Below are positions 1 through 13,491 of a stretch of 64,000 nucleotides of DNA, one piece after another. Source of the stretch: Tubiluchus corallicola (Eukaryota > Animalia > Priapulida). The position numbers and the translations under genes were made by a program. The notes beneath the pieces are model-generated. The model did not search any database and had not been told where the DNA came from. It saw only the letters and a list, made by a program, of their open reading frames with translations. How positions within the stretch are numbered: the stretch's first letter is position 1; the number at the start of each line of letters is the position of its first letter. The stretch lies in assembly GCA_030141605.1 (NCBI GenBank), contig JAQGDQ010000089.1, positions 434,001 to 498,000 of the forward strand. The letters run 5' to 3'.

Positions 1-1190
1 CTACTTAGGTGGTTTAGTGCATGCTTACCCATTTCAGGTTAGGTGGTTCAGTGCATGCTTGCTTCATTTCTGGTTAGGTGGTTCAGTGCATGCTTACCCA
101 TTTCAGGTTAGGTGGTTCAGTGCATGCTTACTCATTTCTACTTAGGTGGTTTAGTGCATGCTTACTCATATCTAGTTAGGTGGTTCAGTGCATGCTTGCT
201 TCGTTTCTAGTTAGGTTGTTCAGTGCATGCTTGCTCATTTCTAGTTAGGTGGTTCAGTGCATGCTTACTTCATTTCTGGTTAGGTGGTTCAGTGCATGCT
301 TACTCATTTCAGGTTAGGTGGTTCAGTGCATGCTTACTCATTTCTACTTAGGTACTTCAGTGCATACTTACTTACTTTCCGGTTACGTGGTTCAGTGCAT
401 GCTTGCTTCATTTCTGGTTAGGTGGTTCAGTGCATGCTTACTCATTTCAGGTTAGGTGGTTCAGTGCATGCTTACTCATTTCAGGTTAGGTGGTTCAGTG
501 CATGCTTGCTTAATTTCTGGTTAGGTGATTCAGTGCATGCTTACTTAATTTCTGGTTAGGTAGTTCAGTGCATGCTTACTTCGTTTCTGGTTAGGTGGTT
601 TAGTGCATGCTTGCTTCGTTTCTGGTTAGGTAGTTCAGTGCATGCGTACTTCATTTCTACTTAGGTGGTTTAGTGCATGCTTGCTTCGTTTCTAGTTAGG
701 TTGTTCAGTGCATGCTTACTCATTTCTACTTAGGTGTGCATGCTTACCCATTTCAGGTTAGGTGGTTCAGTGCACGCTTGCTTCATTTCTGGTTAGGTGG
801 TTCAGTGCATGCTTACTCATTTCAGGTTAGGTGGTTCAGTGCATGCTTACTCATTTCAGGTTAGGTGGTTCAGTGCATGCTTACTTAACTTCTGGTTAGG
901 TGATTCAGTGCATGCTTACTTAATTTCTGGTTAGGTAGTTCAGTGCATGCTTACTTCGTTTCTGGTTAGGTGGTTTAGTGCATGCTTGCTTCGTTTCTGG
1001 TTAGGTAGTTCAGTGCATGCTTACTCATTTCTACTTAGGTGGTTTAGTGCATGCTTGCTTCGTTTCTAGTTAGGTTGTTCAGTGCATGCTTACTCATATC
1101 TAGTTAGGTGGTTCATGCATGCTTGCTTCGTTTCTAGTTAGGTTGTTCAGTGCATGCTTACTCATTTCTGGTTAGGTGGTTCCCTGCATG
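1..1190. repeat. Minisatellite, ~31-32 bp unit (TTAGGTGGTTCAGTGCATGCTTACTCATTTC[T/A]GG), roughly 35+ copies, truncated by window start
   Basis: Directly visible head-to-tail copies with point variants and no unique spacers. Confidence 0.95.
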
Positions 1191-1914
1191 TTTATTTCAT
1201 TACTCGTTAGGTACTTCACTGCATGCCATGGCAACGCTCCATTCATTTAGTTGTTCAATTTCCGGTGTTATTCCTTTGTATTTGCTATTTATGTTTTTAC
1301 ATCCTCGCTATCATATATATCGCAATGATCCTGCACTCATTAAAACTTTTCTGAACTTCTCATGTATTGCCAGCACTAGGTGACACTCTGCTGTTATCGT
1401 CATGGGCGTATACTGCATCGTAGATTATTTTAGGGTGTGCTTCAGGGCACTATACTAGTCCCCTTATTGTTTATTTATGAATAAGCGCTAAGGAATTTAC
1501 ACTGACGCGGTCAATATAAAGGCTATGAAAACGTCTGCAAATGCATTTCAAATCACTTTCTACCTGGTTAACTCTTTCATCTATAAAAAAAGATCATAAA
1601 TTTAAACCATTTCACACAGCAGGGTTACAATAACCTGTTTTAAAAAGCAAATACGCAGGTGAAACGAAAGTCGTACCAGCGGAGCAAAGCATATTTACCA
1701 AGTTAACTATGAAAACGAATAAATCGCAAAAATCAAACTTTCACGAAGCAAAAAATGTAAGTAACAACTAGTGAGTGGAGCAGAAGAAACTTCTTTATTT
1801 GGGCAAAAAAATTCCCTGGTTTCGGCTGATTTAAACATTAAGTGTTTCACCAGAACATTTCTAGCAAACTTGGAGAATTTGATACTATGTCGCACAAAAA
1901 ATATCGCAACCAAA

Positions 1915-2300
1915 CACCACCGTTCACCACCTCTAAAAGCACCACTAAGCACCAGCAAATACCGTTCACCACCTCTGAAAGCACCACTAAGCACCAGCAA
2001 ATACCGTTCACCACCTCTGAAAGCACCACTAAGCACCAGCAAATATTTTTCACTACCTCTAAAAGCACCATTAAGCACCAGCAAATACCATACACCGCCT
2101 CTAAAAGCACCACTAAGCACTAGCAAATACCGTTCATCACCTCTAAAAGCACCACTAAGCACCAGTAAATACCATACACCGCCTCTAAAAGCAACACTAA
2201 GCACTAGTAAACACTGTTCACCACCTCTAAAAGCAGCACTAAGTACCAGCAAACACCGTTCACCACCTCTAAAAGCACTACTAAGCACTAGTAAATACAC
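1915..2300. repeat. 39-bp minisatellite (CGTTCACCACCTCTAAAAGCACCACTAAGCACCAGCAAATAC-like), ~10 copies
   Basis: 13-aa periodicity in ORFs on both strands (SPPLKAPLSTSKY / LLVLSGAFRGGER) reflects the 39-nt unit. Confidence 0.9.
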
Positions 2301-2837
2301 CCTAAATCTAATAAATTTACAAAATAACCTGATTTTCCTCGTAGTTGTACCATAGAAATTAAAAGTATGTTTTATGCATTTTTTATTAAACTGTTATTAT
2401 AGGTATGCGATCTCTACTTGTTGTACGCATTATAAAAATTCATTTGTTCTAATTTACGAACAGCTTAAATAACTTAACCGTAAACTTTTCTGTCTGAACA
2501 CGAGAAACATCTTTACCAGAACACTCAAATACCATTCCTGTTTTTTTGCTGAACAGGCGTGGACCTAGGGAAGGGTTGTGTCTAGAGATTTCATGAGATT
2601 TCTGTGCAATAATAGCGTTGGGTGTGGGCACTCTAATAAGTGCAAAACAACATTAATATCCTCAGGCACCAAATGATAGCTGAGCAGAGTGCAAATCTGA
2701 CTCTTCAGTCACTGGTTTTTCCTGAATCCGCCCTGTTATTAACAAATCAATTAATCATCATCACTAGCCAGCTTTTGATGAAAGTATTTCCGGATTTAAG
2801 CCGGGTTCTTTTTCCTCGACGTGTTAGTTTGTTCTCC

Positions 2838-2851
2838 GTTGCCATGGAAAC
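2838..2851. promoter_or_regulatory. X-box (RFX)-like site GTTGCCATGGAAAC; a second one, GTTGCCATGGTTAC, lies at 3021-3034
   Basis: Match to the RFX consensus GTTGCCATGGNAAC; function unproven. Confidence 0.4.
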
Positions 2852-3253
2852 GGCATGGAAAACGAGTTGAGATGCAAGACATCAGCCTCGGTTTCCAGCC
2901 ACAACAGATTTGCAGCTAAAATGCATGAGGCGTAACTAAGCAACGGAAGGCTGCTATAGACCTGGAATCACTCATAAATATTCGTAACAGCTACTAGAAA
3001 CAAGAAGTTTTATTTTTCTCGTTGCCATGGTTACCGAATCGAAGACCTGGAGTTTTAGTCTGGCTTCATTTAATGACTTTAAGCAACTTAGCGCGCAAAA
3101 CATCAATCAGATAACAGCTCTTCATAAAACTTCAGAGCACACTATAATTACCCTTGATACTTCAATAATACAGATTGTTCCGAAATAAAAATGTACTAAT
3201 AAATGTTTGAAAACAAACAAAGTCCAGTAAATGTGGTCAAATTAGGTTACACT

Positions 3254-3493
3254 CAGGGCCTGGCTATTACATTTTGGGGCCCTTAGGCTCATGAAATTGG
3301 GCCCTTAGACACTTTTTTGAAAGTTTAAATTTTATTTTAAGTTAAGTGAATTAGTTAGCAATGCAAAATATTAAAATATTATACTTATTCTTCAAAAAAA
3401 TATTTGAAAATCTTTTAGCAGGGCACCTCTAGTTATGAGCCCCCAAGCTGAAGAGACCCTAGGCTACAGCCTATACTAGCCTATAGGGTAATC
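3254..3493. mobile_element. Degenerate non-autonomous DNA element starting CAGGGC, related to 53063-53400
   Basis: Shared 5' end (CAGGGCC...TTTTGGGGC.CTTAG.CT.ATGAAATTG) and 3' motif TATAGGGTAA in both copies; no clear TSD. Confidence 0.45.
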
Positions 3494-4746
3494 TAGATTC
3501 ATTTCGCTATATTTGTCATATAGCTACTAAACTATTGGGTCTTAGACTTTAAACTTTACTCTTCAAGAATAAGACAAGGTCGTCATGAGCTCGTGTAGTT
3601 GTAAAGGGAAGTCAATGTATAATTCTATTAAATTTCTCCAGCGAGGAAGTTAGATCACAGAGCGGTTTACAGTTCTCAATGTACAAATTTAGAGCGGCAA
3701 TAATAAATTGCAATTTCTCTTGCTATTAGATAGCTTCTATATAGACTGCATCTATTGCAATTAGTCCGAAATTTGAAGTTTAGAGAGTCTCGGGTTCAAT
3801 TCCTTATCATTCAGCTGATCCTTCTTCACGATGAATCCTTCATCTTCCTCTCTATGATACAGCTTATCCTTCAGCTGATCTCAGCTGGCTAACTGTTCTA
3901 TATCGTTGTGTAAAATACTGGCCCAGACCGAAGTCAAACAACACAGAGGCTGGTCAGTGAGTGGATGGGTAACTGTTGACGCTACTTCTTTTGGGCGATT
4001 TCATCCTAATTTGTTTTAAGTAATATGACTTAGTTTTGTCGTGTATTGTACATTATATATCGTCATAGTAACTGAAATAAGCCTGAACTTGACTTAACTC
4101 AACCAAACCTAAGTAAATTCTACTTCTCTCTCTTTTAAATTAGTTTTAATTATTGTAAACCTTAATCTTATCCTATGTTGTATTGTAAAGGTAGTTATCA
4201 TATTAGTTGGTGAAGTAAACTAAAATTCATCCATCGTACAGTCTGTAATTATTTACCTCGTTGAGAGAAGTGTATGTACACTATTACTGGTTCAGTATGT
4301 TTCACCTTACAGGATCATTCTTAAAAATCAATTAGGTTGCGGTCCTACCACAACTACCTGCATTAAACAGGACATGCCGTCGAGTGCTGGATCCTACTTT
4401 GAAGAGGGTTAATAGTATAAAAAATGATTGACGGCTGGAACATTTGAGTAAGTAACCGTTGCACCTATGATTGAGCTAAACAGATTTAAGATTTATTTTT
4501 TGCCTTTTAAAGTGTTAAAGCACATTTCAGTGTTACAATTAATTACTCTAAAATCATACTTACAATATTCCAACATACATACACAATATGCAATCACATA
4601 TAAAAAATCACATTTACAAAAAACTTGAACATTGGTATACACATGAAAATGCAAATTACACATTTTTTACATAAAAAACATTATGCACTTAAGATTAATC
4701 AATGAGTAATTTAGTGTAACTGTAACTCCTTTGAGTGCACACTTAC

Positions 4747-4865
4747 TTATCACGCAGTTCATTTGCATCTTTATCCAGTTTCTTGTTCTTGTCATCAAGT
4801 CTCTCTGATTCTCGTTTGTTGTCAGCAATGACATCACGTGCTTGATTGAGCTCTGTCTCAAATAT
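4747..4865 (-). CDS. Intermediate filament gene, coding exon 2 (coil 1B start: IFETELNQARDVIADNKRESERLDDKNKKLDKDANELRD)
   Basis: Minus-strand TTTCCAG acceptor and GTAAGT donor; phase 0 joins exon 1; matches the lamin/IF '(M/I)(Y/F)ExELxxAR' motif; not in the ORF track in this frame. Confidence 0.9.
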
Positions 4866-4906
4866 CTGGAAACGAAACATGTTATCATGCGGTTTCTATA
4901 TTTCGA

Positions 4907-5074
<168 letters not shown>

Positions 5075-6089
5075 TTCTTTCTTTCTTCGTTTGTTTCTTT
5101 TTTCTTTGTTTCTTTGGCCTATTTCTTTGTTTTTTCTTTTCTAATCGGCTTTACGCCATTTTTAACGTGATAGCCTTTGCAAATTTTTACACTTTTTATC
5201 ACAGTAAAGTATGGTGGTAAAGTAGGTCTTGTTTAGTTACACTCAACTATCTTTTTATTTGGTCACAAATTATTGTCTCAGGCTTTTGCAAATCAAGAGG
5301 ATGTGGATATTTAGCATGTTTTGCGTATTTTGTACTTTTTAGTTGTTTTTTGTTTTTTTTGGAAGGGGGGTCGTTAATCGGTATTGTTTGAAATACAGAC
5401 AAAACAATCTACAGTTCGTTTACAATTCGTTTCCAAGCAATAGATGCTTACATTATTTGCTTATATTTGTCACCGGAAAAGGCTAGTACTGTAACAGTGA
5501 TCTGATTTATTGGTAAGACCAACTTAAGTAGCAATCCCAACCCTACGGGTAAAGAAAAGCAACTTGAAAGGGTGATACATAAACGACTTGGAGGATTACT
5601 ATATGACAAAGTGACTCAGAGCGTCCTAAGTGACAAAACGTGTTGAGATCTGGTAGATTAGACTTGAATTGAATAACTTCTGAGCATTCAAGTTTAGCAC
5701 GTTTAGTTCACCGTATTTTGTTGAAATGTTGCTGTCTTGCTGAGTTAGATTATTATTTGAAAGGATCTGATTTGTTTTCACGGTTGAGGAGTTATTATAT
5801 CTGATAGTTTCCACTGCTTTGTCCATATTGAACGAATTGTAAAGACAGTGCTAGCTAGCAAATTGAAAAGCGAAAAAAAAGTGTTGTTTTGCTCGTTTAT
5901 AACCTCAGCAAAAATGGAAAACAATGGTTCTAATGCAATGACTTTTGCAAATATATCAGTTTGTGTTCAGTGTGAAGTCAGCGGTTCTGTGTGCTTTGGG
6001 TTAAATAAAGACAAGAAGTTTCCCAGAGAAGAGAACCATTCTGATGTTTTTAGTGATGTAACTGCTTGGTGTGCTCACTTGCCTTTTTT

Positions 6090-6125
<36 letters not shown>

Positions 6126-7095
6126 CAAAATTGTACACCTCTTTAACACAATAGTGATAAATAATTAAATAGCAGATAAACAAAATTTAAAAAAATAAAG
6201 AAAAGATGAAGAAGGAAATGTGTGCCGTTTTTAATGTAAATGGAAAGGTTGTCTAGTGGCAATTGTCACCATGGGCCTCAAAGTTTAGGGAGCATCCCAG
6301 TAAGGTGCATTATATTGTCACGACTGCAAAATGTGATTTATTTTCACATTGTGATGATTACATCCATACCGATACGATGTCACTGCATATCAGCATTGAA
6401 TACCAGCAAAACTGCTGATATGGAACGGCCGATATAGATTCAGCAGGTAGACGAACAGATGCGCGGACTGGCTGAAACGCCTAATTTGACGTATTTTATG
6501 TTATAATCCAGAATTGAACCAGGACATGTTGGCCTCCGGAACGCCTGGATTCGAACCGACAAGTGCAAGCTACTGCAATGGTGGTGAGGATAAGCTGGCG
6601 TTACAATATTTGTACATTGTTACATGTGCTGTTTTACGCACTCTATAATGTTACGCACTCTAAATAACCCTTCAGTAAACTTGCCATTTAGAAAAATTTT
6701 TATTCCACAAAATATTTACAATTTCGTCATATCAAAGGTTTTTCATGGTAATAAAAATTTCAAAGATTTATGCATTTTTTTATTAATTTGTCTGTCGGAG
6801 GAGGAATTGTGCATCGCCGTCATGAGCGTCGTCACCCTCGGATTTGCTCAATTTTGTTTTAAACGACTCTTCTGTCTTCCTAGTTGTAACGGTTAGGGAT
6901 TTGGAGGGACCACACTTCATCGACATCCGGTACTGTAGGAGTGCTGGTAACATTATCGGCCGTCGATGGTCCTTTCGCTCTCTTGACATTCTCTGCGCAT
7001 TGGTAAAGGTGACTGTAAAGGACGAAGTACAGCCAAGCTTGGAGTAAAGTCTAGAAATGGTGACTTTAAAGTTATTTATCAAATTAACTTCCGTG

Positions 7096-7109
7096 GTAAC
7101 TATGGCAAC
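7096..7109. promoter_or_regulatory. X-box-like site GTAACTATGGCAAC
   Basis: Reverse complement GTTGCCATAGTTAC fits the RFX consensus. Confidence 0.3.
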
Positions 7110-7272
7110 CGAAACCAATTTGAAGTTACAACTTCCAAGAAAAGGACGAGCCAGCAAGAACAGAATTCTTAATAAAATTTTAATATTTCAGTTTAAGATC
7201 GTTGATTGGCAAAAACAAGTGGTACCATCGGCGAGACAGCACCAATCGAGTGAGAGACATCACCAACAGTTA

Positions 7273-8739
<1,467 letters not shown>

Positions 8740-9632
8740 TTAGAGTTGCAACCAACAGTTATTTACCTCAAGCAATGACATTATTCCATAGAAATGGGTT
8801 CTACGTCTCCAGTCGTCAGAATAAAGTTTCTTCGTTTAGAATCGCGAAACTCCTACACCACACGATTTGCATTTTATTTAAGTTTTAAGTAACATCGACT
8901 GTTAATATTACATTAGATTAAAAAAAAACCTTTTTAAGATCCCGTTACTCTACATCAACCCTTTGAACGTTTTGCACATTATTTTTAAATTAAGTTTTCA
9001 ACAACACCTTTGTCTGTAGCTTCAGCACCAAAGCACAAAAAAAGAGTGCCTTTAGCTTATGAAGAGCTGTTACTCGATGACAAAATATAAGTTCTTTTAT
9101 TGATAGTTAGCTTAACTTTTATTATTATTTTATTAATTTGCATCATTTTGTAGGTGGTGCTGACCAAGAACTTGGCGGATTTATCGCTTTTAATTATTCG
9201 TTGAGAATTTTTCAAGAACATTTTTCAAGAAGAACACAATTAATGGTTCTGAAACAACAGTACAAAGTTACTGTGTTAGAAATAAAATGGTTCGGTGGTT
9301 ATAACGAGTACAAAACTTTTTACACAAATTTTCTTTCTAAAGTTTGTTTGTAATATGTTATTTTACCGAGGAGCAAATAGGTCTACAGACAGTAAATTTC
9401 ATTAATGAAGTTACATGAGCTCAAGAACACAGCTTTTTTGACAGAAATGAGTAGTATGGTGTACTAACATATCTTACTCTCACGTAATTGTATATGTTCA
9501 TGTTGCTTACTAATCTTGTTAACTAATGTCATTTTACTTGTTGATCTGTTTGTATATTTGATGTAACTGTGTCACGAGTATGAATAAAAATTATAAATGT
9601 GATAAATATATATATAGATATATATTTCGTAC

Positions 9633-9923
9633 CTCTCGAATAATTTGATTCAGTCGCTCGAGTTTGTTCTTGTAAAACTCGATGTCCGATTGGAGTTTTT
9701 TGTTATGAAACTCCAGAAATCTGACCGTCTCAATGTAGTTAGCGAATCTATCGTTCAGATCTTGCAACTCTCTCTTCTCCCTCTCCCGATGAGCGACAAC
9801 AACCAGAGGCGAATTATCACTCGAATATTCAGCTATAACCTTCGTCTGGCCCACATTTGCCGATCGGCTCTTGATGCCGGAGCGGTAGCCAGATCCGGAC
9901 ATGTCGTCTAGGTCGTTCATCAT
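9633..9923 (-). CDS. Cytoplasmic intermediate filament protein, coding exon 1 (head + coil 1A)
   Basis: REREKRELQDLNDRFANYIETVRFLE is the IF coil-1A signature (LNDR); GAG|GTACG donor at 9632, phase 0; the rest of the gene lies towards or beyond the window start. Confidence 0.93.
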
Positions 9924-10199
9924 GATGCAGGTGTACGGTTTCGTCCGGATTCCGATTCCGCTGTGCCGGTCGAGTTGGGAGCAGTAGGTTACTGATGCTT
10001 GTGGTCAGCGCGCAAGCTGCGTTCCAGCTAGGTGAGCACTTCAACTAGGTGAGCGTATCAGCTTGGAGGGCGCAGCTTATTACGCAGTTGATTAATGGTT
10101 ACTGATGAAATCATTATGCAAAATGATCAAAAACCAGTTTTTGTTCATGGCATGTAATATTCACTTATTCATTCGCTTGTTTAGCTCATTCGCTAATTA

Positions 10200-10800
10200 A
10201 TTTTTCTCTCGTTTGTTCGATGGTTTACGGACTTCTTTCTTTCTCTTAGATTTTTTGGTCCACTTGTTCATTCTTTTTTTGTCTGTATCTTCATTTACGC
10301 GTGTGCTTAGCTTGTCTGTCTGTCTGTCTATCTCATTGTCATCTGCACACTATTTTTCTTGCTATCAGTGTGTTTGTCTTTCTGTGTACTCCCTGTTTTT
10401 TCTTTCTTTTTTCTTTCATTCACTCATTCTTTCTCTCTCTCTCTTTCTAGCCTTCCTTCCTTTTTTCCTTCCTTCCTTCTTTGTTTGTTTCTTTCTTCCT
10501 TTGTTTCTTTGTTCCTTTCCTCTTTCTGTCTTTCCCCTTTCTCTCTTTTCTCTTTCTTTCTTTTCTTCTCTTTTCTTTTTCTTTCTTTTCTCTCTTTCTT
10601 TATCTCTTTCAGTCTTTCTCTTGTTCGTTTGTATTGTTTTGTTGCCCTTTTCTCCTTACCTCTTTTTTCTTGCCCTTCCTCCTCACCTCGCTTTTTTCTT
10701 CTTTTTCTTCTCCTTCAGCCTTTTCTTTCTTTTTTTCTTCTATTATTTAAATTCCTTTCACTTCCTTTTCTACCTTTTCATATCTTTTCTGTTTATTTGT
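10200..10800. repeat. Pyrimidine-rich (CT/TTTC) low-complexity tract
   Basis: Direct reading; source of spurious F/L/S-rich ORFs. Confidence 0.9.
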
Positions 10801-12066
10801 GTATGTTTATGGTTAATATAAGTTTAATAGGTGTCTATTGATATTTTTCTCATCTCACAGCCTTCCACAACTCATATTTGTGGCGCCATCAGGCGAATGT
10901 TTTATGATAAAATCACCAGGCTCGCAGCAGTATTCGTCTATTTGAGTATTAGTTTTTTTTTGAGTAATGAAGATGGGAGGCTAGCCATAACAACAACGTA
11001 AAGTAAAACAAAAGATAAGACAAATAAGATTACAAGATAAATAAATAAGATTACAATAGATTGCAAGACAAATAACAAAGTGAAAAATCACAGTAATACA
11101 ATAAAGAAATTTTCATTGATCACTTCTTGTTCATTTTAAGTTGTATTAATTTTTTATACAATTCGGCACAGTGGAAATCAGTGAAGTTTAGAGACAGCGC
11201 CAACTCATCGAGACGTTTGTGGCGAGACCGGAACACAATAATTATCAAGGATAGAATTCTAGACGTATGATGGCCCACTGAGCCTCTGTGTCTAAGCCGC
11301 GATCGAGTATTGATATACACACATTCCTGTATGCCAAGCTTATGAATGAAATTGCGCGAAGGGAATATCGTACCCATTCGATAGATTCCGCTTTCCAGTT
11401 GACGAATCATTGACGCAAAGAGTGTGCACTTATCCACTCGGTCATGAACGCGCCACAAACGTTAGTAATTTTGTTATTGCTTAGGTATTATCAAATGTTA
11501 TTAATATGTATTCTTTATGCAGTAGGATATAAATCGTGTTTTTTAAGTAAATATTACATTTATTAAATACGAAAAGTTTAAAAAGGGCAAAAAATAATAT
11601 TTAGCAAATATCTACTACAACTACTGTACACATTTTGATTATAATAATTTTCCATGCTTTCAAGTAATCATAACAACTTTGTAAGTGTAAGTTTTCTTAA
11701 ATGGGTTTATCACGTATAGAATCAATATCCAAAATAACGGAAAACAATGCACTAGAGTCATCTGTCGAGTGACGAGTTTGTGAAGTTGAACAAACTCTGT
11801 AATTTCATAGTAAATAAGCCGCAAAAAGCCACCAAGAAATGCTTTTATACCTTCATTTATTGCTACTTCTAGTGACCAGTGACCACTTAGAAAGCTGTCT
11901 CTGCTTAGACATCCCACTTTTAGACGAGGTCCAGTGCATCGTCTTAGATTGTGAGGCAAGTGTCCTGTCGAAATTACTTACGTTAGCTAGATCTGCAATA
12001 AGTGCAATTTGTATATTGTAGTAAATTTACCAGTCTGTTTTAGCCACCATTAAATATTTGTAAGAC

Positions 12067-12189
12067 GTTTACAACTCCCCACACAATTTAAATACCTCAA
12101 GCCTAAACCTAATCCTAGCTCTAACCCGAACCCGAACCCGAATCCTATTCCGCTTCACAAACTAATTTTTTGTGTGTGGGGATAAACTT
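12067..12189. mobile_element. Short repeat element with internal telomere-like (CCCTAA/CCCGAA) hexamers; inverted copy at 45027-45170
   Basis: TTTACAACTCC..CAATTTAAATA and CTTCAC.AAC.AATTT are shared in reverse complement with 45027-45170. Confidence 0.65.
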
Positions 12190-13124
12190 TAGCCAACTAT
12201 TATTATAAGCTTCAGTTTTTGATTCATTAATCCACAATCTTAATTTTATGGCATTCTGCGTGTGTATTACGTGTTTTATGTACGGCTTTTATTGTTGAAA
12301 TAAAAATTCATAATAATAAAAACACCGACGAATTGTATAAAAATAACAATATTTTGCAATACCATTTTAAATAATCATTTTAGACTTATAGAATTATTTT
12401 ATAGTTGCCTGGTATGAACCCAGTTATCATCATATTTTGTAACATTCAGTACACGTATAATTATCTGTAACGTATCCAGAAAACATAACAATGCTCTAAC
12501 GATTCCTTGTCTATTTACATGCGTCCCAATTAAACAACTTAGTCAGGTACAGGTGACGTGAATAGAAAGAAAACTCGATCACTGACGTCTAATCAGAATA
12601 CTAGAGCAAGTGTTTCACTATCTAGTTTCTATTAGTTGAATAATGCTCCTATAGGTTGCGCCATGTGCGCTGGAAGTGTGATTGTATTCAACGGAAATAA
12701 TAATACGGTTACAAGTGTCTTCAGATGTCGCTTGTGAATTTTTGACGGTTTATTAGTCATTATTACAAAATAACTGTTTCATCAAAGCTTGAGAAGTAGT
12801 TCATGTTTTTGTAGAGTTTGGAAGTATTTAACAAAACAACTGAATTCAATAGTTTTTAAATTCCACAAGCTCTTAAAGCACCACCTAGAAAAGCACTTAC
12901 TAAACATGTGATAATCTGTTCGTCTTTTTCAATTATGTTTTGTCAATAACCTTCTCATGATCACTTCTATAGTTCCTGTAGGACTTTTGGACTTTCGCGA
13001 AACTCGACTGCACAAAACAGACGGCTCGATCTTGTTTTTAGGACGTTGAATTGAAAATCCAAGCAACAACTTCTTTTTACTGGCAACTATGGCTGTTTTA
13101 TTTCCTTCTCTTCTTCTTCTTCTT

Positions 13125-13131
13125 ATTATTA

Positions 13132-13192
<61 letters not shown>
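13125..13192. repeat. (TTA)n microsatellite, possible (TAA)n tail of the adjacent minus-strand element
   Basis: Direct reading; the tail role is inference. Confidence 0.9.
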
Positions 13193-13193
<1 letters not shown>

Positions 13194-13491
13194 TTGTTTT
13201 CCTGTATTTGCAGGTACAATTAAATTACAATAATTATTTACAAACAAATAAACACAACATTTGAGATGTCCTTAAACAGACCGTAAGTCGACGCCGGGGT
13301 ATCTCGCGCTGCCCCGGCGCTTCCATTCACCCGTCCAGGTTTATTTTTATTATTCTTTGCAACTATAACGGTTTCTGCCACTAAAGGTAGTCGGCCTAAA
13401 GTGGAGGGGTCCAAAACCGGGACCCAGCGGCTTGGCTGTTTTTCTCCCCTACCCAACTGAGTGCCAAGTTGGGTCGCCACGGGGTATATTG

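Noticed and set aside
1-1190. CRISPR-like array of ~32-bp repeats
   Set aside because: Units are contiguous with no unique spacers, there are no cas genes, and the context is eukaryotic
1707-2355. ORFs of 194-197 aa with SP/K-rich repeats resembling neurofilament KSP tails
   Set aside because: Produced by a 39-bp minisatellite open on both strands; the SP-rich frame is antisense to the IF gene and lacks convincing splice sites
10213-10841. Hydrophobic multi-pass membrane-protein-like ORFs (also 61543-61946 and 30671-31172)
   Set aside because: Artefacts of pyrimidine-rich or tandem-repeat DNA
13370-13440. Twister ribozyme (AAAGTGGAGGGG resembles a twister 3' strand)
   Set aside because: No UAA cleavage loop, P4/L4 loop or complementary pseudoknot partners found
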